Origin: an uncultured Actinomyces sp.
Lineage (GTDB): Bacteria; Actinomycetota; Actinomycetes; S36-B12
Direction: 5' to 3'
Assembly: GCA_964537955.1 (NCBI GenBank)
Contig: CAZICY010000001.1
Coordinates: 54,023-118,022, forward strand
Length of the DNA stretch: 64,000 bases
How positions within the stretch are numbered: the first letter of the stretch is position 1; each line of letters opens with the position of its first letter. Below are positions 10,221 through 19,987 of the stretch, piece after piece. The translations under genes were made by a program, and so were the position numbers. Below the pieces are notes generated by a model, which saw nothing but the letters and a program-made list of their open reading frames with translations, ran no database searches and was not told where the DNA came from.

Positions 10221-10820
10221 ATGCGCATGACCGGTCGCGAGCGCCGCGAGCAGCTCATCGCCATCGGACGCACCCTGTTCGCCGAGAAGGGATTCGAGGC
10301 GGTCAGCGTCGAGGAGATCGCCGCCACCGCAGGCGTCTCCAAGCCGGTCGTCTACGAGCACTTCGGCGGCAAGGAGGGCCTCTACGCCGTCGTCGTCGAT
10401 CGCGAGATGAACCACCTGCTGTCGATGATCAGCGGAGCCCTACAGGGCACGCACCCTCGCCAGCTCCTGGAGCAGGCCGGAATGGCGCTCTTCGACTACA
10501 TCGATGCGCAGCCCGATGGCTTCCGCATCCTCGTGCGCGACTCCCCCGTCTCCCAGCAGACGGGCTCGTTCGCAAGCCTCATCGTCGACGTGGCCGGACA
10601 GGTCGAGCACCTGCTCGCCGACCAGTTCAAGGCGCACGGGCTGCCCACTCGCCTCGCGCCGATGTACTCGCAGATGCTCGTGGGCATGACCGCGCTCACC
10701 GGGCAGTGGTGGCTCGATGTGCGCAAGCCGCGCAAGGAGGAGGTCGTGTCCCACGTCGTCAATCTCGCCTGGAACGGCCTGGCACATCTGGAGGCCAAGC
10801 CGCGGTCCGCCAGGCCGTAG
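10221..10820 (+). CDS. TetR/AcrR family transcriptional regulator
   Basis: N-terminal HTH reads LFAEKGFEAVSVEEIAATAGVSKPVVYEHFGGKEGLY. It lies 30 nt downstream of the desaturase gene. Confidence 0.88.
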   Translation: MRMTGRERREQLIAIGRTLFAEKGFEAVSVEEIAATAGVSKPVVYEHFGGKEGLYAVVVDREMNHLLSMISGALQGTHPRQLLEQAGMALFDYIDAQPDGFRILVRDSPVSQQTGSFASLIVDVAGQVEHLLADQFKAHGLPTRLAPMYSQMLVGMTALTGQWWLDVRKPRKEEVVSHVVNLAWNGLAHLEAKPRSARP

Positions 10821-10837
10821 GCGCGGCGCGCGTCCGG

Positions 10838-11761
10838 TCAGCTGACGACGCGTGCACCCGGCGCGGGTCCGACGGCATGCCGGACTCCCCGGACCAGGCC
10901 GGTCCCCGCCATCTCCGCGGCGAGCGCGATCGCCTCCTCGCGGCCCCCGGCAAGGAAGACGCACGTCGGCCCGCTGCCGGAGACCAGTCCGGCCAGCGCA
11001 CCGAGCTCGGCGCCCGCATCCAGGACGCCCCGCAACTGCGGGCGCAGTGCCACGGCTGCGGGCTCGAGATCGTTGACCAGGCACCGGGCAATCGCATCGG
11101 GCTCGCCCTGGCGCAGCGCGGCGAGGAGCGGTGCATCTGCCTGCGCGCCGTCCTCCGAGGGCGCCACGCGCCCCTCCGCGAGGAGCCTGTCCCACTCGGC
11201 GTAGACCGCGGGCGTCGACAACTGCGCGTCGCTCAGCGCCACCACCCAGTGCAGCTCGCCGTGGGCGAGCACCGGGGTCAGCGTCTCGCCGCGGCCGACG
11301 CCGCGCGCGGTCCCACCCGCGAGCGCGAACGGCACATCGGAGCCAAGGTGCGCCGCGATCTCGACGAGGTCGGCGTCGGACGTGTCGAGGCCCCACAGGC
11401 GCCGAAGCGCTACGAGCGTGGCAGCCGCATCGGCACTCCCCCCAGCCATGCCCGCAGCCACGGGGATCGACTTGGCGATGTCGACGGCCACGTCGGGCGC
11501 GGCAAGCCCGGCGTGCCGAGCCAGGGCGAGCGCGGCCTGTGCCGCGATGTTGTCGTCGCCGCCGGGCACGGACCCCGCGCGCTCCCCCGTCGTCGTGACG
11601 ACGCGCCCGGATCCCGCCGCACCCGGGCTGACCGTGATCTCATCGACGAGCGACACGGCGTGGAAGACGGTGGTGATCTCATGGAACCCGTCGGGCCGCA
11701 GCCCGCGCACGCGCAGGCTGAGATTGATCTTGGCGGGTGCGACCGCGCGGACCGAGGGCAC
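10838..11761 (-). CDS. ispE: 4-diphosphocytidyl-2-C-methyl-D-erythritol kinase
   Basis: Track ORF 10838..12004. APAKINLSLRV and GFHEITTVFHAVSL motifs plus the GHMP kinase loop PVAAGMAGGSADAAA. GTG 11761 is the only start candidate near the conserved N-terminus. Confidence 0.88.
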   Translation of the reverse strand: MPSVRAVAPAKINLSLRVRGLRPDGFHEITTVFHAVSLVDEITVSPGAAGSGRVVTTTGERAGSVPGGDDNIAAQAALALARHAGLAAPDVAVDIAKSIPVAAGMAGGSADAAATLVALRRLWGLDTSDADLVEIAAHLGSDVPFALAGGTARGVGRGETLTPVLAHGELHWVVALSDAQLSTPAVYAEWDRLLAEGRVAPSEDGAQADAPLLAALRQGEPDAIARCLVNDLEPAAVALRPQLRGVLDAGAELGALAGLVSGSGPTCVFLAGGREEAIALAAEMAGTGLVRGVRHAVGPAPGARVVS

Positions 11762-11790
11762 GGATCGACAGTAGCGGGTGGTGCGCGGAC

Positions 11791-12645
11791 TCAGGCCAGC
11801 GCGCGAGCGCTCGCGATGCGCGCGAACGCCCCGACGTCGAGGCTCTCCCCGCGTGCCGAGGGATCGACTCCTGCCGCAAGGAGGATGCGCTCGGCCTCGG
11901 CCGCCGATCCAGCCCAGCCGGCCAGGGCCGCCCGCAGGGTCTTGCGCCGCTGCGCGAACGCCGCGTCGACGACCGCGAACACCTCGGCGCGCGACGCCGT
12001 GCACGCCGGCGGGTCATGCCGGGTGAAGGCCACGAGGCCCGACTCCACCCGCGGAACGGGCCAGAAGACACTCGCGGGGACGGCGCCGGAGCGCTCAGCG
12101 CGCGCGAACCACGCGAGCTTCACCGAGGGCACGCCGTACGTGCGGCTCCCGGGGGGCGCCACGAGGCGGTCGGCGACCTCTGCCTGCACCATCACGAGCC
12201 CCGTGCGCAGGGTGGGGAAGGCCTCGAGCAGGTGCAGGACGACGGGCACGGCGACGTTGTAGGGAAGGTTGGCGACGAGGGCGTCGGGAGTGTGCGGCAG
12301 GTCGCGGATGCGCAGCGCATCACCCGCGATGACATCGAGGCGCAGGGCGCCGTCGGGCTGCAGGCGGCGCACCGTGTCGGGCAGCGCCTCGGCGAGGACC
12401 GGGTCGATCTCGACCGCGATGACATGGGCTCCCGCAGCGAGGAGGCCGAGGGTGAGACTGCCCACGCCGGGGCCTACCTCGAGCACGACGTCACCCGCAT
12501 GCACGTCGGCAAGTCGCACGATGCGACGCACGGTGTTGGCGTCGACGACGAAGTTCTGGCCCCACTGCTTGGTGGGTCGGATCCCCCACCGCTCGGCGAC
12601 GCTGCGCACCTCGCTGGCGCCGAGGAGTCCGTCCACCGCTACCAC
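11791..12645 (-). CDS. rsmA: 16S rRNA (adenine1518/1519-N6)-dimethyltransferase RsmA/KsgA
   Basis: Track ORF 11791..12900. [14 protein letters not shown] and the SAM motif [12 protein letters not shown]. The start is GTG 12645 (overlapping the tatD end) or GTG 12636; the sequence alone does not decide. Confidence 0.85.
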   Translation of the reverse strand: MVAVDGLLGASEVRSVAERWGIRPTKQWGQNFVVDANTVRRIVRLADVHAGDVVLEVGPGVGSLTLGLLAAGAHVIAVEIDPVLAEALPDTVRRLQPDGALRLDVIAGDALRIRDLPHTPDALVANLPYNVAVPVVLHLLEAFPTLRTGLVMVQAEVADRLVAPPGSRTYGVPSVKLAWFARAERSGAVPASVFWPVPRVESGLVAFTRHDPPACTASRAEVFAVVDAAFAQRRKTLRAALAGWAGSAAEAERILLAAGVDPSARGESLDVGAFARIASARALA

Positions 12646-13484
12646 TCGCCGAAGGCCCGCATGGCGTTGTCCCACAGGTCGGAGCACACCTGCTCGAGGG
12701 GCTCCTCGCGCACCTCGGCCATCGCACGGACCGTGAAGGGGACGAGATAGGAGGCGTTGACGGCGCCCCGATGGGGAACGGGAGTGAGGTAGGGGGCATC
12801 CGTCTCGACCAGCATCCGCTCGCGGGGCAGCACGGCGAGAGCGTCTCGCAACTCCCCGGCGCTCTTGTAGGTCACGACGCCGGCGAAGGAGCAGTACCAC
12901 CCGCGGTCAGCGCAGTGTCGCGCCATGGCCGCGTCCCCCGAGAAGCAGTGGAAGACGACCCGATCCGGCGCGCCCTCCTCCTCGAGGATGCGCAGGATGT
13001 CGGCGTGGGCCTCCCGGTCGTGGATGACAAGCGTGCGATCCAGTCGCTTGGCGATGTCGATATGCCTGCGGAACGACTCATGCTGAAGGGCCTGGTCTGC
13101 TGGCTCGCGCGTGCGGTAGTAGTCCAGTCCGGTCTCGCCGACCGCCCGCACCGCCGAGTCCCGCGCGAGTTCCTCGATGCGCCCGATGGCGGCGTCGAGC
13201 CCGTCGCGTCCCTCGCGGGCGACGATCCGAGGCACGTCGTTGGGGTGAAGTGCCACGGCCGCGACGATCTCCGGCGTGGAACTCGCTGCCTGGACCGCCC
13301 ATTCGGAGGACGCGACATCGCAGCCGACCTGCACGATGCGCGTGATGCCGGCCTCGCGCGCCAGGGCGAGTGCGGCCTCGGGGGACGGCGACTCGCCGAG
13401 CTCGCGATCGACGACGTCGAGGTGGCAGTGGGTATCGACGACAGGGCGGGGCAGTGGGTCCGTGGGACCGGGCCGCTGCCTCAC
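12639..13484 (-). CDS. tatD: TatD family metal-dependent hydrolase
   Basis: Track ORF 12639..13838. VDTHCHLD motif. GTG 13484 overlaps the metG TGA as GTGA. Confidence 0.88.
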   Translation of the reverse strand: MRQRPGPTDPLPRPVVDTHCHLDVVDRELGESPSPEAALALAREAGITRIVQVGCDVASSEWAVQAASSTPEIVAAVALHPNDVPRIVAREGRDGLDAAIGRIEELARDSAVRAVGETGLDYYRTREPADQALQHESFRRHIDIAKRLDRTLVIHDREAHADILRILEEEGAPDRVVFHCFSGDAAMARHCADRGWYCSFAGVVTYKSAGELRDALAVLPRERMLVETDAPYLTPVPHRGAVNASYLVPFTVRAMAEVREEPLEQVCSDLWDNAMRAFGEW

Positions 13485-15061
13485 GCGGGCTCCTCTTCCA
13501 GGCGCGGGAAGAGGACGGCGCCCTTGGAGACCGCCGCGCCCGCGGGGAGCTGCCCCCATGAGGCCACGCGGTCGATGCGCTGCTCGGCGATCGGCCCGAG
13601 CGTCGCCTCCGCCCCGATCTGCTCCCAGAGCAGGCCCATGGCCTTGGGCATCACGGGGTTGTAGAGGGTCGCGATCGCCCGCAGGGACTCGCACACGGTG
13701 TAGAGGATCGTGTCGAGTCGCGACGCGAGCGCATCGTCCTTGGCGACCACCCAGGGCTCCTGCTCGGTGACGTAGAGGTTGACGGCGTCGATGAACCGGC
13801 GCACGGCCGCGATGCCCGAGGCGAAGTCCAGCGCGCACATGGCCTGGTCGGCCTCGACGGCGACCTGACCGAGGAGCGCGTGGAGGTGCTCCTCAGCAGC
13901 CGTCGTCTCTCCCGGCGCAGGCAGCGACCCACCGCGGTAGCGCTGGACCATGGCGGTGGCCCGGGAGGCGAGGTTGCCCAGTCCGTTGGCCAGCTCGGCC
14001 GTGTAACGCGCGGACATGTCCTCCCAGGAGAAGGAGCCGTCCTGGCCGAACTGAATGGCCCGCATGAAGTAGTAGCGGAAGGCATCCGAGCCGAAGTGGT
14101 CCACGATCTGCTCCGGCGCGATGCCCGTCAGGCGCGTCTTGCTCATCTTCTCCCCGCCCACGAGCAGCCAGCCGTGGGCGAAGACCTTGCGCGGCAGCGG
14201 CAGTCCCGCGGCCATGAGCATCGCGGGCCAGTAGACGGCATGGAAGCGCAGGATGTCCTTGCCGACGAGGTGCACGTCCGCGGGCCAGGCGCGGCCGAAG
14301 AGCTCTGCCTCCGCTGAGCCCTCCGGTGCGCCGTAGCCGACCGCCGTCGCGTAGTTGAGCAGTGCGTCGAACCACACGTAGACGACCTGGCGTTCGTCCC
14401 AGGGCAGCCCGATGCCCCAGGACACGCTGCTGCGCGACATCGAGATGTCCACCAGGCCCTGACGCAGGAAGGACATCACCTCGTTGTAGGCACTCTGCGG
14501 CTCGACGGCCGATGGATCCGCCTCGTAGTGCGCGATGAGCGCATCGGTGAAGGCTGAGAGCCGGAAGAACCAGTTGGTCTCCTTAAGCATCTCGACCGGA
14601 CGCTGGTGGACCGGGCAGAGCTGGTCTCCCTCCGGGCCTGACACCAGGTCGCCCGGCAGCTTGAACTCCTCGCACCCCACGCAGTAGGGACCCTCGTAGT
14701 CGGCCTCGTAGACGAAGCCGTTGTCGCGCACGGTCTGCCAAAAGAGCTGCACCCGCTCCTTGTGGCGCGGCTGGGTCGTCCTGATGAAGTCGTCATTGGC
14801 CGCGTCGATGGTGCCCAGCACCGGTCGCCAGGACTCCTCCACGAGCCGATCCACCCACTGCTGCGGGGCGACGCCACCGGTCTCGGCGGCGCGCTGCACC
14901 TTCGTGCCGTGCTCGTCCACTCCCGTGAGGAACCACACCTCGTCGCCGCGCTGGCGATGCCAGCGCGTGAGCACATCACCCGCGGTCGTCGTGTAGGCAT
15001 GGCCGATGTGAGGCGCGTCATTGACGTAGTAGATCGGCGTCGTGACGTAGTAGGCGGCCAT
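13481..15061 (-). CDS. metG: methionine--tRNA ligase
   Basis: Track ORF 13481..15223. MAAYYVTTPIYYVNDAPHIGHAYT (HIGH motif) and KMSKT. ATG at 15061. Confidence 0.94.
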   Translation of the reverse strand: MAAYYVTTPIYYVNDAPHIGHAYTTTAGDVLTRWHRQRGDEVWFLTGVDEHGTKVQRAAETGGVAPQQWVDRLVEESWRPVLGTIDAANDDFIRTTQPRHKERVQLFWQTVRDNGFVYEADYEGPYCVGCEEFKLPGDLVSGPEGDQLCPVHQRPVEMLKETNWFFRLSAFTDALIAHYEADPSAVEPQSAYNEVMSFLRQGLVDISMSRSSVSWGIGLPWDERQVVYVWFDALLNYATAVGYGAPEGSAEAELFGRAWPADVHLVGKDILRFHAVYWPAMLMAAGLPLPRKVFAHGWLLVGGEKMSKTRLTGIAPEQIVDHFGSDAFRYYFMRAIQFGQDGSFSWEDMSARYTAELANGLGNLASRATAMVQRYRGGSLPAPGETTAAEEHLHALLGQVAVEADQAMCALDFASGIAAVRRFIDAVNLYVTEQEPWVVAKDDALASRLDTILYTVCESLRAIATLYNPVMPKAMGLLWEQIGAEATLGPIAEQRIDRVASWGQLPAGAAVSKGAVLFPRLEEEPA

Positions 15062-15072
15062 GGGGCGCGATC

Positions 15073-15933
15073 CTACTTTCCGGTCTGCTGCGCAGCGGAC
15101 TTGGCACTCACCACTGCGTCGTACACCTCGCGACGAGACACGCCATGGCGCTGGGCGACGGAGAGGATGGCGGCACGCCGATCCGTCCCGCCAGACTCCA
15201 AGCTCGCCACCGCGGCGGCCCACGACTGCGGATCACCGCTGGGCGCGATCGCGATCGCGCCGCCGACGACGAGCGTGACCTCGCCGCGTACCTCGCCGAG
15301 CCCGTCGCGCAGGTCCCCGAGCGTGCCGCGACGCACTTCCTCGTAGGTCTTCGTCAGCTCCCGGCAGATCGCCGCCGGCCGCTGCGCTCCCAGGCCCTCG
15401 ACGAGCGCGGCCATCGTCTCCGCCACGCGGTGGGGCGCCTCGAAGAACACCATGGTCCGGCGCTCGTCCGCGAGCTCCTCGATCCGACGCCGACGCTCGC
15501 CTGCCTTGCGCGGCAGGAAGCCCTCGAAGCAGAAGCGGTCCACGGGCAGGCCGGACACGGCGAGGGCCGCCAGGACCGCGCTGGGTCCGGGCAGGACCGT
15601 CACCTCGATGCCCGCGTCGAGGCACGCGCGCACGAGCCGGTATCCCGGGTCGCTCACCAGCGGCATGCCGGCGTCGCTCACGACGAGCACCTGATCACCG
15701 CGCACGAGGCGCTCGACCAGCTTCTTCGCACGCCCCTCCTCCACCGAGTCGTGGAGCGAGACGACATCCGCCGTGATCGTCACCCCGAGGTCCCCAGCGA
15801 GTCGGCGCAGGCGCCGGGTGTCCTCCGCGGCGATGACGTCGACCGAGCCCAGGGCCTGCACGAGCCGGGTGCTCGCATCTCCCGGGTTGCCCAGCGGGGT
15901 CGCCGCGATCAGCAGGACAGCGGGCCGGGTCAC
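15073..15933 (-). CDS. rsmI: 16S rRNA (cytidine1402-2'-O)-methyltransferase RsmI
   Basis: Track ORF 15073..16218. LLIAATPLGNPGDAS and IAAEDTRR motifs. GTG 15933 is preceded by GAGGA. Confidence 0.88.
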   Translation of the reverse strand: MTRPAVLLIAATPLGNPGDASTRLVQALGSVDVIAAEDTRRLRRLAGDLGVTITADVVSLHDSVEEGRAKKLVERLVRGDQVLVVSDAGMPLVSDPGYRLVRACLDAGIEVTVLPGPSAVLAALAVSGLPVDRFCFEGFLPRKAGERRRRIEELADERRTMVFFEAPHRVAETMAALVEGLGAQRPAAICRELTKTYEEVRRGTLGDLRDGLGEVRGEVTLVVGGAIAIAPSGDPQSWAAAVASLESGGTDRRAAILSVAQRHGVSRREVYDAVVSAKSAAQQTGK

Positions 15934-15989
15934 TCGACCATCCTCGCAGTCGGCACGACCCTGACCCGCCCGGTGCCTACCATGGGGCG

Positions 15990-17570
15990 GTGGCAACGCC
16001 GACAGCTCCCGTCGCGGAGCTTCCCCCGCGCGGCAAGGCCCCGGACGTGGCGGCAGCGGCAGCGGACCTCTTTCCGCCCTTCCCCTCCCACGGCTGGCGC
16101 GGCTGGGTAGGCCCCCTGTTCGCGATGGTGGTCGGCGGCCTGCTGCGATTCGTCCACCTCGGCAGACCGGACGCCTTCGCCTTCGACGAGGTCTACTACG
16201 CCAAGGACGCGCTCGCACTGCTGCGCTACGGCCATGAGCAGCAGTTCGACGACAGCGCCAACGAGCTGATCCTCGCGTCGGATGGCAACTGGCGCACCAT
16301 CGACGTCTTCAAGGACGACCCCGCCTTCGTCGTGCACCCTCCCTTCGGCAAGTGGGTGATCGCCGGCGGAGAGTGGCTCTTCGGCGTCACGCCCTTCGGC
16401 TGGCGATTCGCCGTGGCCGTTCTCGGGACCCTGTCGATCCTCATGGCCGCGCGCATCGCGCGCAGGCTCACGCGATCGGATCTCGTCGGCACGGTGACGG
16501 GCGTACTCGTCGCCCTCGACGGCATGCACCTGGTGACCAGCCGGACAGCCGTGCTCGACATGGTGCTCTCCTTCACCGTGCTCGCGGCATTCGGCTGCCT
16601 CCTGCTGGACCGAGACCAGGTGCGCCATCGCCTGATGACGCACCCGCCGGGCCCGACCGGACCCTGGGGGCCGCGCCTGGGACCACGGCCATGGCGCTGG
16701 GCGGCGGGACTGGCGCTCGGACTCGCATGCGCGGTGAAGTGGTCGGGGCTGTGGTACCTCGCCGCCTTCGGCCTGCTCACCGTCATCTGGGACATATCCC
16801 TGCGCCGCCGGCTCGGGGTGCCGCAGCCATGGACCGTGACACTGCTGCGCAGCGCCCCCATCGCCTTCGTCGCCATGGTGGGCACGGCCGCGGTCACCTA
16901 CGTCGTGACGTGGTCGGGCTGGCTGCTCACGGACGGCGGCTGGGGTCGCCAGTGGGCTGACGGCACCGCGTCGGTCATCCCCGCCGGGCTGCGGTCGCTG
17001 TGGCACTACCACGCGGAGGCGTGGCAGTTCCATGTCGGACTGACCGGCGACCACTCCTACCAGTCGAATCCGCTGAGCTGGTTCGTCCAGACCCGGCCCA
17101 CCTCCTTCTACTGGGCCAGCCTGGAGAACGGCGAGTCCGGCTGCACCGCCGACTCGTGCGCGGCCGAGGTGCTCGCGCTGGGCAACCCGATCATCTGGTG
17201 GATCGGCTCCATCGCGCTGCTCTACCTGGTCTGGCGCTGGATCACCCGGCGCGACTGGAGGGCGGGAGCGGTCCTGCTCGCCGTTCTCGCCGGATGGGTG
17301 CCGTGGCTGCTCTACCTCGACCGCACGATCTTCGTCTTCTACTCCGTCGTCTTCCTGCCCTACCTCGCGATGGCACTGGCCATGATGATCGGGGCTCTCG
17401 TGGGTCCGCCCGGCGCTGATCGCGAGCGCCGGCGCACGGGCACCTGGGTCGCCGCGGGAATCCTTGTGCTCGTGGTGGTCGCGGCCTGGTGGTTCTATCC
17501 CATCTGGACCGGCGAGGTCATTCCCTACACCCAGTGGACCTGGCGCATGTGGATGCCCACCTGGGTCTGA
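15990..17570 (+). CDS. pmt: dolichyl/polyprenyl-phosphate-mannose--protein O-mannosyltransferase (Pmt)
   Basis: Polytopic membrane protein with an FDEVYYAKDA loop-1 motif. It is divergent from rsmI, as Rv1002c/Rv1003 are in M. tuberculosis. Confidence 0.85.
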   Translation: MATPTAPVAELPPRGKAPDVAAAAADLFPPFPSHGWRGWVGPLFAMVVGGLLRFVHLGRPDAFAFDEVYYAKDALALLRYGHEQQFDDSANELILASDGNWRTIDVFKDDPAFVVHPPFGKWVIAGGEWLFGVTPFGWRFAVAVLGTLSILMAARIARRLTRSDLVGTVTGVLVALDGMHLVTSRTAVLDMVLSFTVLAAFGCLLLDRDQVRHRLMTHPPGPTGPWGPRLGPRPWRWAAGLALGLACAVKWSGLWYLAAFGLLTVIWDISLRRRLGVPQPWTVTLLRSAPIAFVAMVGTAAVTYVVTWSGWLLTDGGWGRQWADGTASVIPAGLRSLWHYHAEAWQFHVGLTGDHSYQSNPLSWFVQTRPTSFYWASLENGESGCTADSCAAEVLALGNPIIWWIGSIALLYLVWRWITRRDWRAGAVLLAVLAGWVPWLLYLDRTIFVFYSVVFLPYLAMALAMMIGALVGPPGADRERRRTGTWVAAGILVLVVVAAWWFYPIWTGEVIPYTQWTWRMWMPTWV

Positions 17571-17574
17571 CGCG

Positions 17575-18072
17575 TCAGCGGTCCGGGCACCAGTCGCCGG
17601 CATCCTCCGGCATCAGGCAGGCGCCGTAGGTCACCACGGTCTTGCCGATGGTCACCGTCGTGCCGTCGGGCAGGAGCACATCACTGCGTGGCATGGTGAG
17701 CCGGACCCGGGTGGCCGACATCTCGGCGAGCAGCGAGCCGGGGATGGTCACGACCGTCCGGTAGGGGTAGGGGTCCGAGCAGCCCTTGCCCCCGCGCACC
17801 TTGACGGTGAGCTCGGGATTGCGCACCCAGCCCGCCTCGGTCTTCTGCCGCACGTAGGTGCGCGACGGAGGCGGGTACTTCCAGCACTCGACGATCTCGA
17901 GGACCTCGACCGCCGCGGCGGGGTCCTCGCAGGTGTACGTCTCGGAGTACTCGGGATCGATCCAGTGGCACGCGGCGACCAGGCCCTCCGCGCGAGCAGG
18001 CACGGCGGTGAGGACCGCGCCCGCCACGAGGGCGAGCGCGACCGATGTCGCCACGCGTGACCTGCTGGACAT
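17575..18072 (-). CDS. secreted hypothetical protein with six cysteines
   Basis: Track ORF 17575..18093. ATG 18072 is preceded by GGGAGG. Signal peptide ends ...AVPARA/EG. The mature part has 6 Cys. I recognise no family. Confidence 0.6.
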   Translation of the reverse strand: MSSRSRVATSVALALVAGAVLTAVPARAEGLVAACHWIDPEYSETYTCEDPAAAVEVLEIVECWKYPPPSRTYVRQKTEAGWVRNPELTVKVRGGKGCSDPYPYRTVVTIPGSLLAEMSATRVRLTMPRSDVLLPDGTTVTIGKTVVTYGACLMPEDAGDWCPDR

Positions 18073-18191
18073 GCTGCCTCCCTGGGGGCACACGCTACGG
18101 CGGGACGAGCCCGGAGTCGCGGTGATGCGCGCGGCGAGCCAGGGGGCGCCGGGGAAATTCCCAGGATGCCCGTTCCGGGCCTCCTGAGGCG

Positions 18192-18265
18192 TGGAGCTGA
18201 GGGGATTTGAACCCCTGACCCCCTCGATGCGAACGAGGTGCGCTACCGGACTGCGCTACAGCCCC
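18192..18265 (-). tRNA. tRNA-Ala (anticodon CGC)
   Basis: The reverse complement is GGGGCTGTAGCGCAGTCCGGTAGCGCACCTCGTTCGCATCGAGGGGGTCAGGGGTTCAAATCCCCTCAGCTCCA. It has the G3:U70 Ala identity pair and anticodon loop TTCGCAT. CCA is not encoded. Confidence 0.9.
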
Positions 18266-18335
18266 GGGGGGCCGAAGCCCCGTCGGCCGAGGTCGCCCTC
18301 GGACAGGCCGTGACACTACACCAGCGGGCAGCGCA

Positions 18336-18836
18336 TCAGGCCGTCTGGTCGAAGACCTCGTCCCACGCGGGCACCGACGGCCGTGCATCTGACACGCGTG
18401 GAGTGACGGCAGCAGGTGCAGCCGCTGGCCTCGGGTTGGACCGTGCCACGCGGTCAGCGCGACGCTCCCGTCGAATCTCGAGTGCTCGCTCGGCGGCGAG
18501 GCGCGAGGCGCGACGCTCGGCGATGAAGGCCACAGGGAGGAACGTGAGGAGGGGCAGCCACAGCAGCGCGGACACGACACCGGGCAGCAGCCCCGCAACC
18601 CAGGCCGCGGTGCCCAGCGCACCGAGCGTCGCGGCAGCCGCCACGATCACCCTGCGGCGTCGAGCGGCCATGCCCTGGGCGCCCTCGGCATCGTCGGCAA
18701 TGCGCGCGAGGGTCCCCATGGCGACACGATGGCGCTCGATGCGCCGTGCCTGGTCATCGTCATGGCGACGCAGCCACATGGGGATGAGTACGGCGGCCCA
18801 CAAGGCGACGATCGCCACATAGATCAGACCCGTCAC
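18336..18836 (-). CDS. small three-TM membrane protein, candidate divisome protein SepX/GlpR
   Basis: N-terminal TM LIYVAIVALWAAVLIPMWLRRHDDD, two more TM segments and an Arg-rich cytoplasmic tail. Its position after the rimJ-like gene and moeA matches the Rv0996 / corynebacterial GlpR locus. Confidence 0.55.
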   Translation of the reverse strand: MTGLIYVAIVALWAAVLIPMWLRRHDDDQARRIERHRVAMGTLARIADDAEGAQGMAARRRRVIVAAAATLGALGTAAWVAGLLPGVVSALLWLPLLTFLPVAFIAERRASRLAAERALEIRRERRADRVARSNPRPAAAPAAVTPRVSDARPSVPAWDEVFDQTA

Positions 18837-18905
18837 ATCAATGAACGTTAGGTGGACCAGCCCTTGGAATGGGGGACCTGAGCGCCGGAGTCGCCTCGTG
18901 TCGCG

Positions 18906-19514
18906 CTAGCCGCCGGGACTCACGCGGGAGGACAGCCATCGGGCGAGAAGGCCTTCGGGAACGTCCTCGGCGCACAGCGCGAAGGTGAGGTGGTCCCGCC
19001 AGTCGCCGTCGATGTGGAGGTAGCGCTCGCGCAGGCCCTCCTCGCGGAAGCCCAGCTTCGCAACGACGCGCAGCGAGGCGGCGTTCTCCGGGCGGATGTT
19101 GATCTCGACGCGGTGCAGGCCCACCTCGCGGAAGCAGTGATCAGTGACGAGGGCGACGGCGGTCGGCATGATCCCGCGTCCGGCGACGCGCTGGTCGATC
19201 CAGTAGCCGACGTAGGCGCTGAGCAGGGATCCGCGAGCGATACCCCCGACGGTCACCTGCCCGGCAAAGGATCCGTCCACGACCAGGGCGAAGGGCAGGC
19301 TGCGTCCCTCGCGCGCCTCGGCCCTGAGCCGGCGCACCATCGAGCCGTAGGTCGTCGGCGCATCGTGCTCGGCGAGGGGAAGTGTCGCCTCCCAGGGACG
19401 CAGCCAGCGCGCGTTGCGCGTGCGCACCTCGCGCCAGGCGGTCGCGTCGCGCAGCCGCAGGGGCCGCAGTTCGATGCGTCCCTCGCGCAGCCGGGCGGGC
19501 CATCCCGGTGTCAT
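18906..19514 (-). CDS. GNAT family N-acetyltransferase (RimJ/RimL-like)
   Basis: Internal start within track ORF 18906..20243. ATG 19514 overlaps the moaC TGA as ATGA. The GNAT core reads [18 protein letters not shown]. Confidence 0.85.
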   Translation of the reverse strand: MTPGWPARLREGRIELRPLRLRDATAWREVRTRNARWLRPWEATLPLAEHDAPTTYGSMVRRLRAEAREGRSLPFALVVDGSFAGQVTVGGIARGSLLSAYVGYWIDQRVAGRGIMPTAVALVTDHCFREVGLHRVEINIRPENAASLRVVAKLGFREEGLRERYLHIDGDWRDHLTFALCAEDVPEGLLARWLSSRVSPGG

Positions 19515-19987
19515 GCCGGGCGCACCCAGTGACCGCGCTTGCCGCCCGTCTTCTCGTCCAGCCGAATGTCGGTGATGAGCGCCGCGGGGTCGACGGCCTT
19601 GACCATGTCCACCAGGGCCAGGGCTGCTACCGACACGCAGGTCAGCGCCTCCATCTCGACGCCGGTGCGGTCCGCGGTGCGCACGGTCGCCACGATGCTC
19701 ACGGCGCTGTCCTGGACCTGCAGCTCGACGTCCACGCCGTGGATGGCGAGCGGGTGGCACAGCGGCACGAGGTCGGGTGTCCGCTTCGCCGCCTGGATGC
19801 CTGCGATGCGCGCCACGGCGAGGGCATCGCCCTTGGGCACTCCCTGCCCGCGCAGGAGCGCGATGACCTCCGGGGACACCCGCACGCTCCCCGAGGCGGT
19901 CGCGGTGCGCACGGTGACCTCCTTGCCGCTCACATCGACCATGCGCGCGGCACCGCGGTCGTCCAGGTGCGTGAACTCGTCGGCCAT
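19511..19987 (-). CDS. moaC: cyclic pyranopterin monophosphate synthase MoaC
   Basis: 158 aa. [28 protein letters not shown] and [15 protein letters not shown] are typical of MoaC. Confidence 0.92.
   Translation of the reverse strand: MADEFTHLDDRGAARMVDVSGKEVTVRTATASGSVRVSPEVIALLRGQGVPKGDALAVARIAGIQAAKRTPDLVPLCHPLAIHGVDVELQVQDSAVSIVATVRTADRTGVEMEALTCVSVAALALVDMVKAVDPAALITDIRLDEKTGGKRGHWVRPA

Noticed and set aside
8957-10820. tRNA-Gln-adjacent desaturase/TetR pair as a possible integrated island
   Set aside because: There is no integrase, no direct repeat of the tRNA 3' end and no visible compositional break. The genes also lie on the 5' side of the tRNA rather than the 3' side used by integrative elements.
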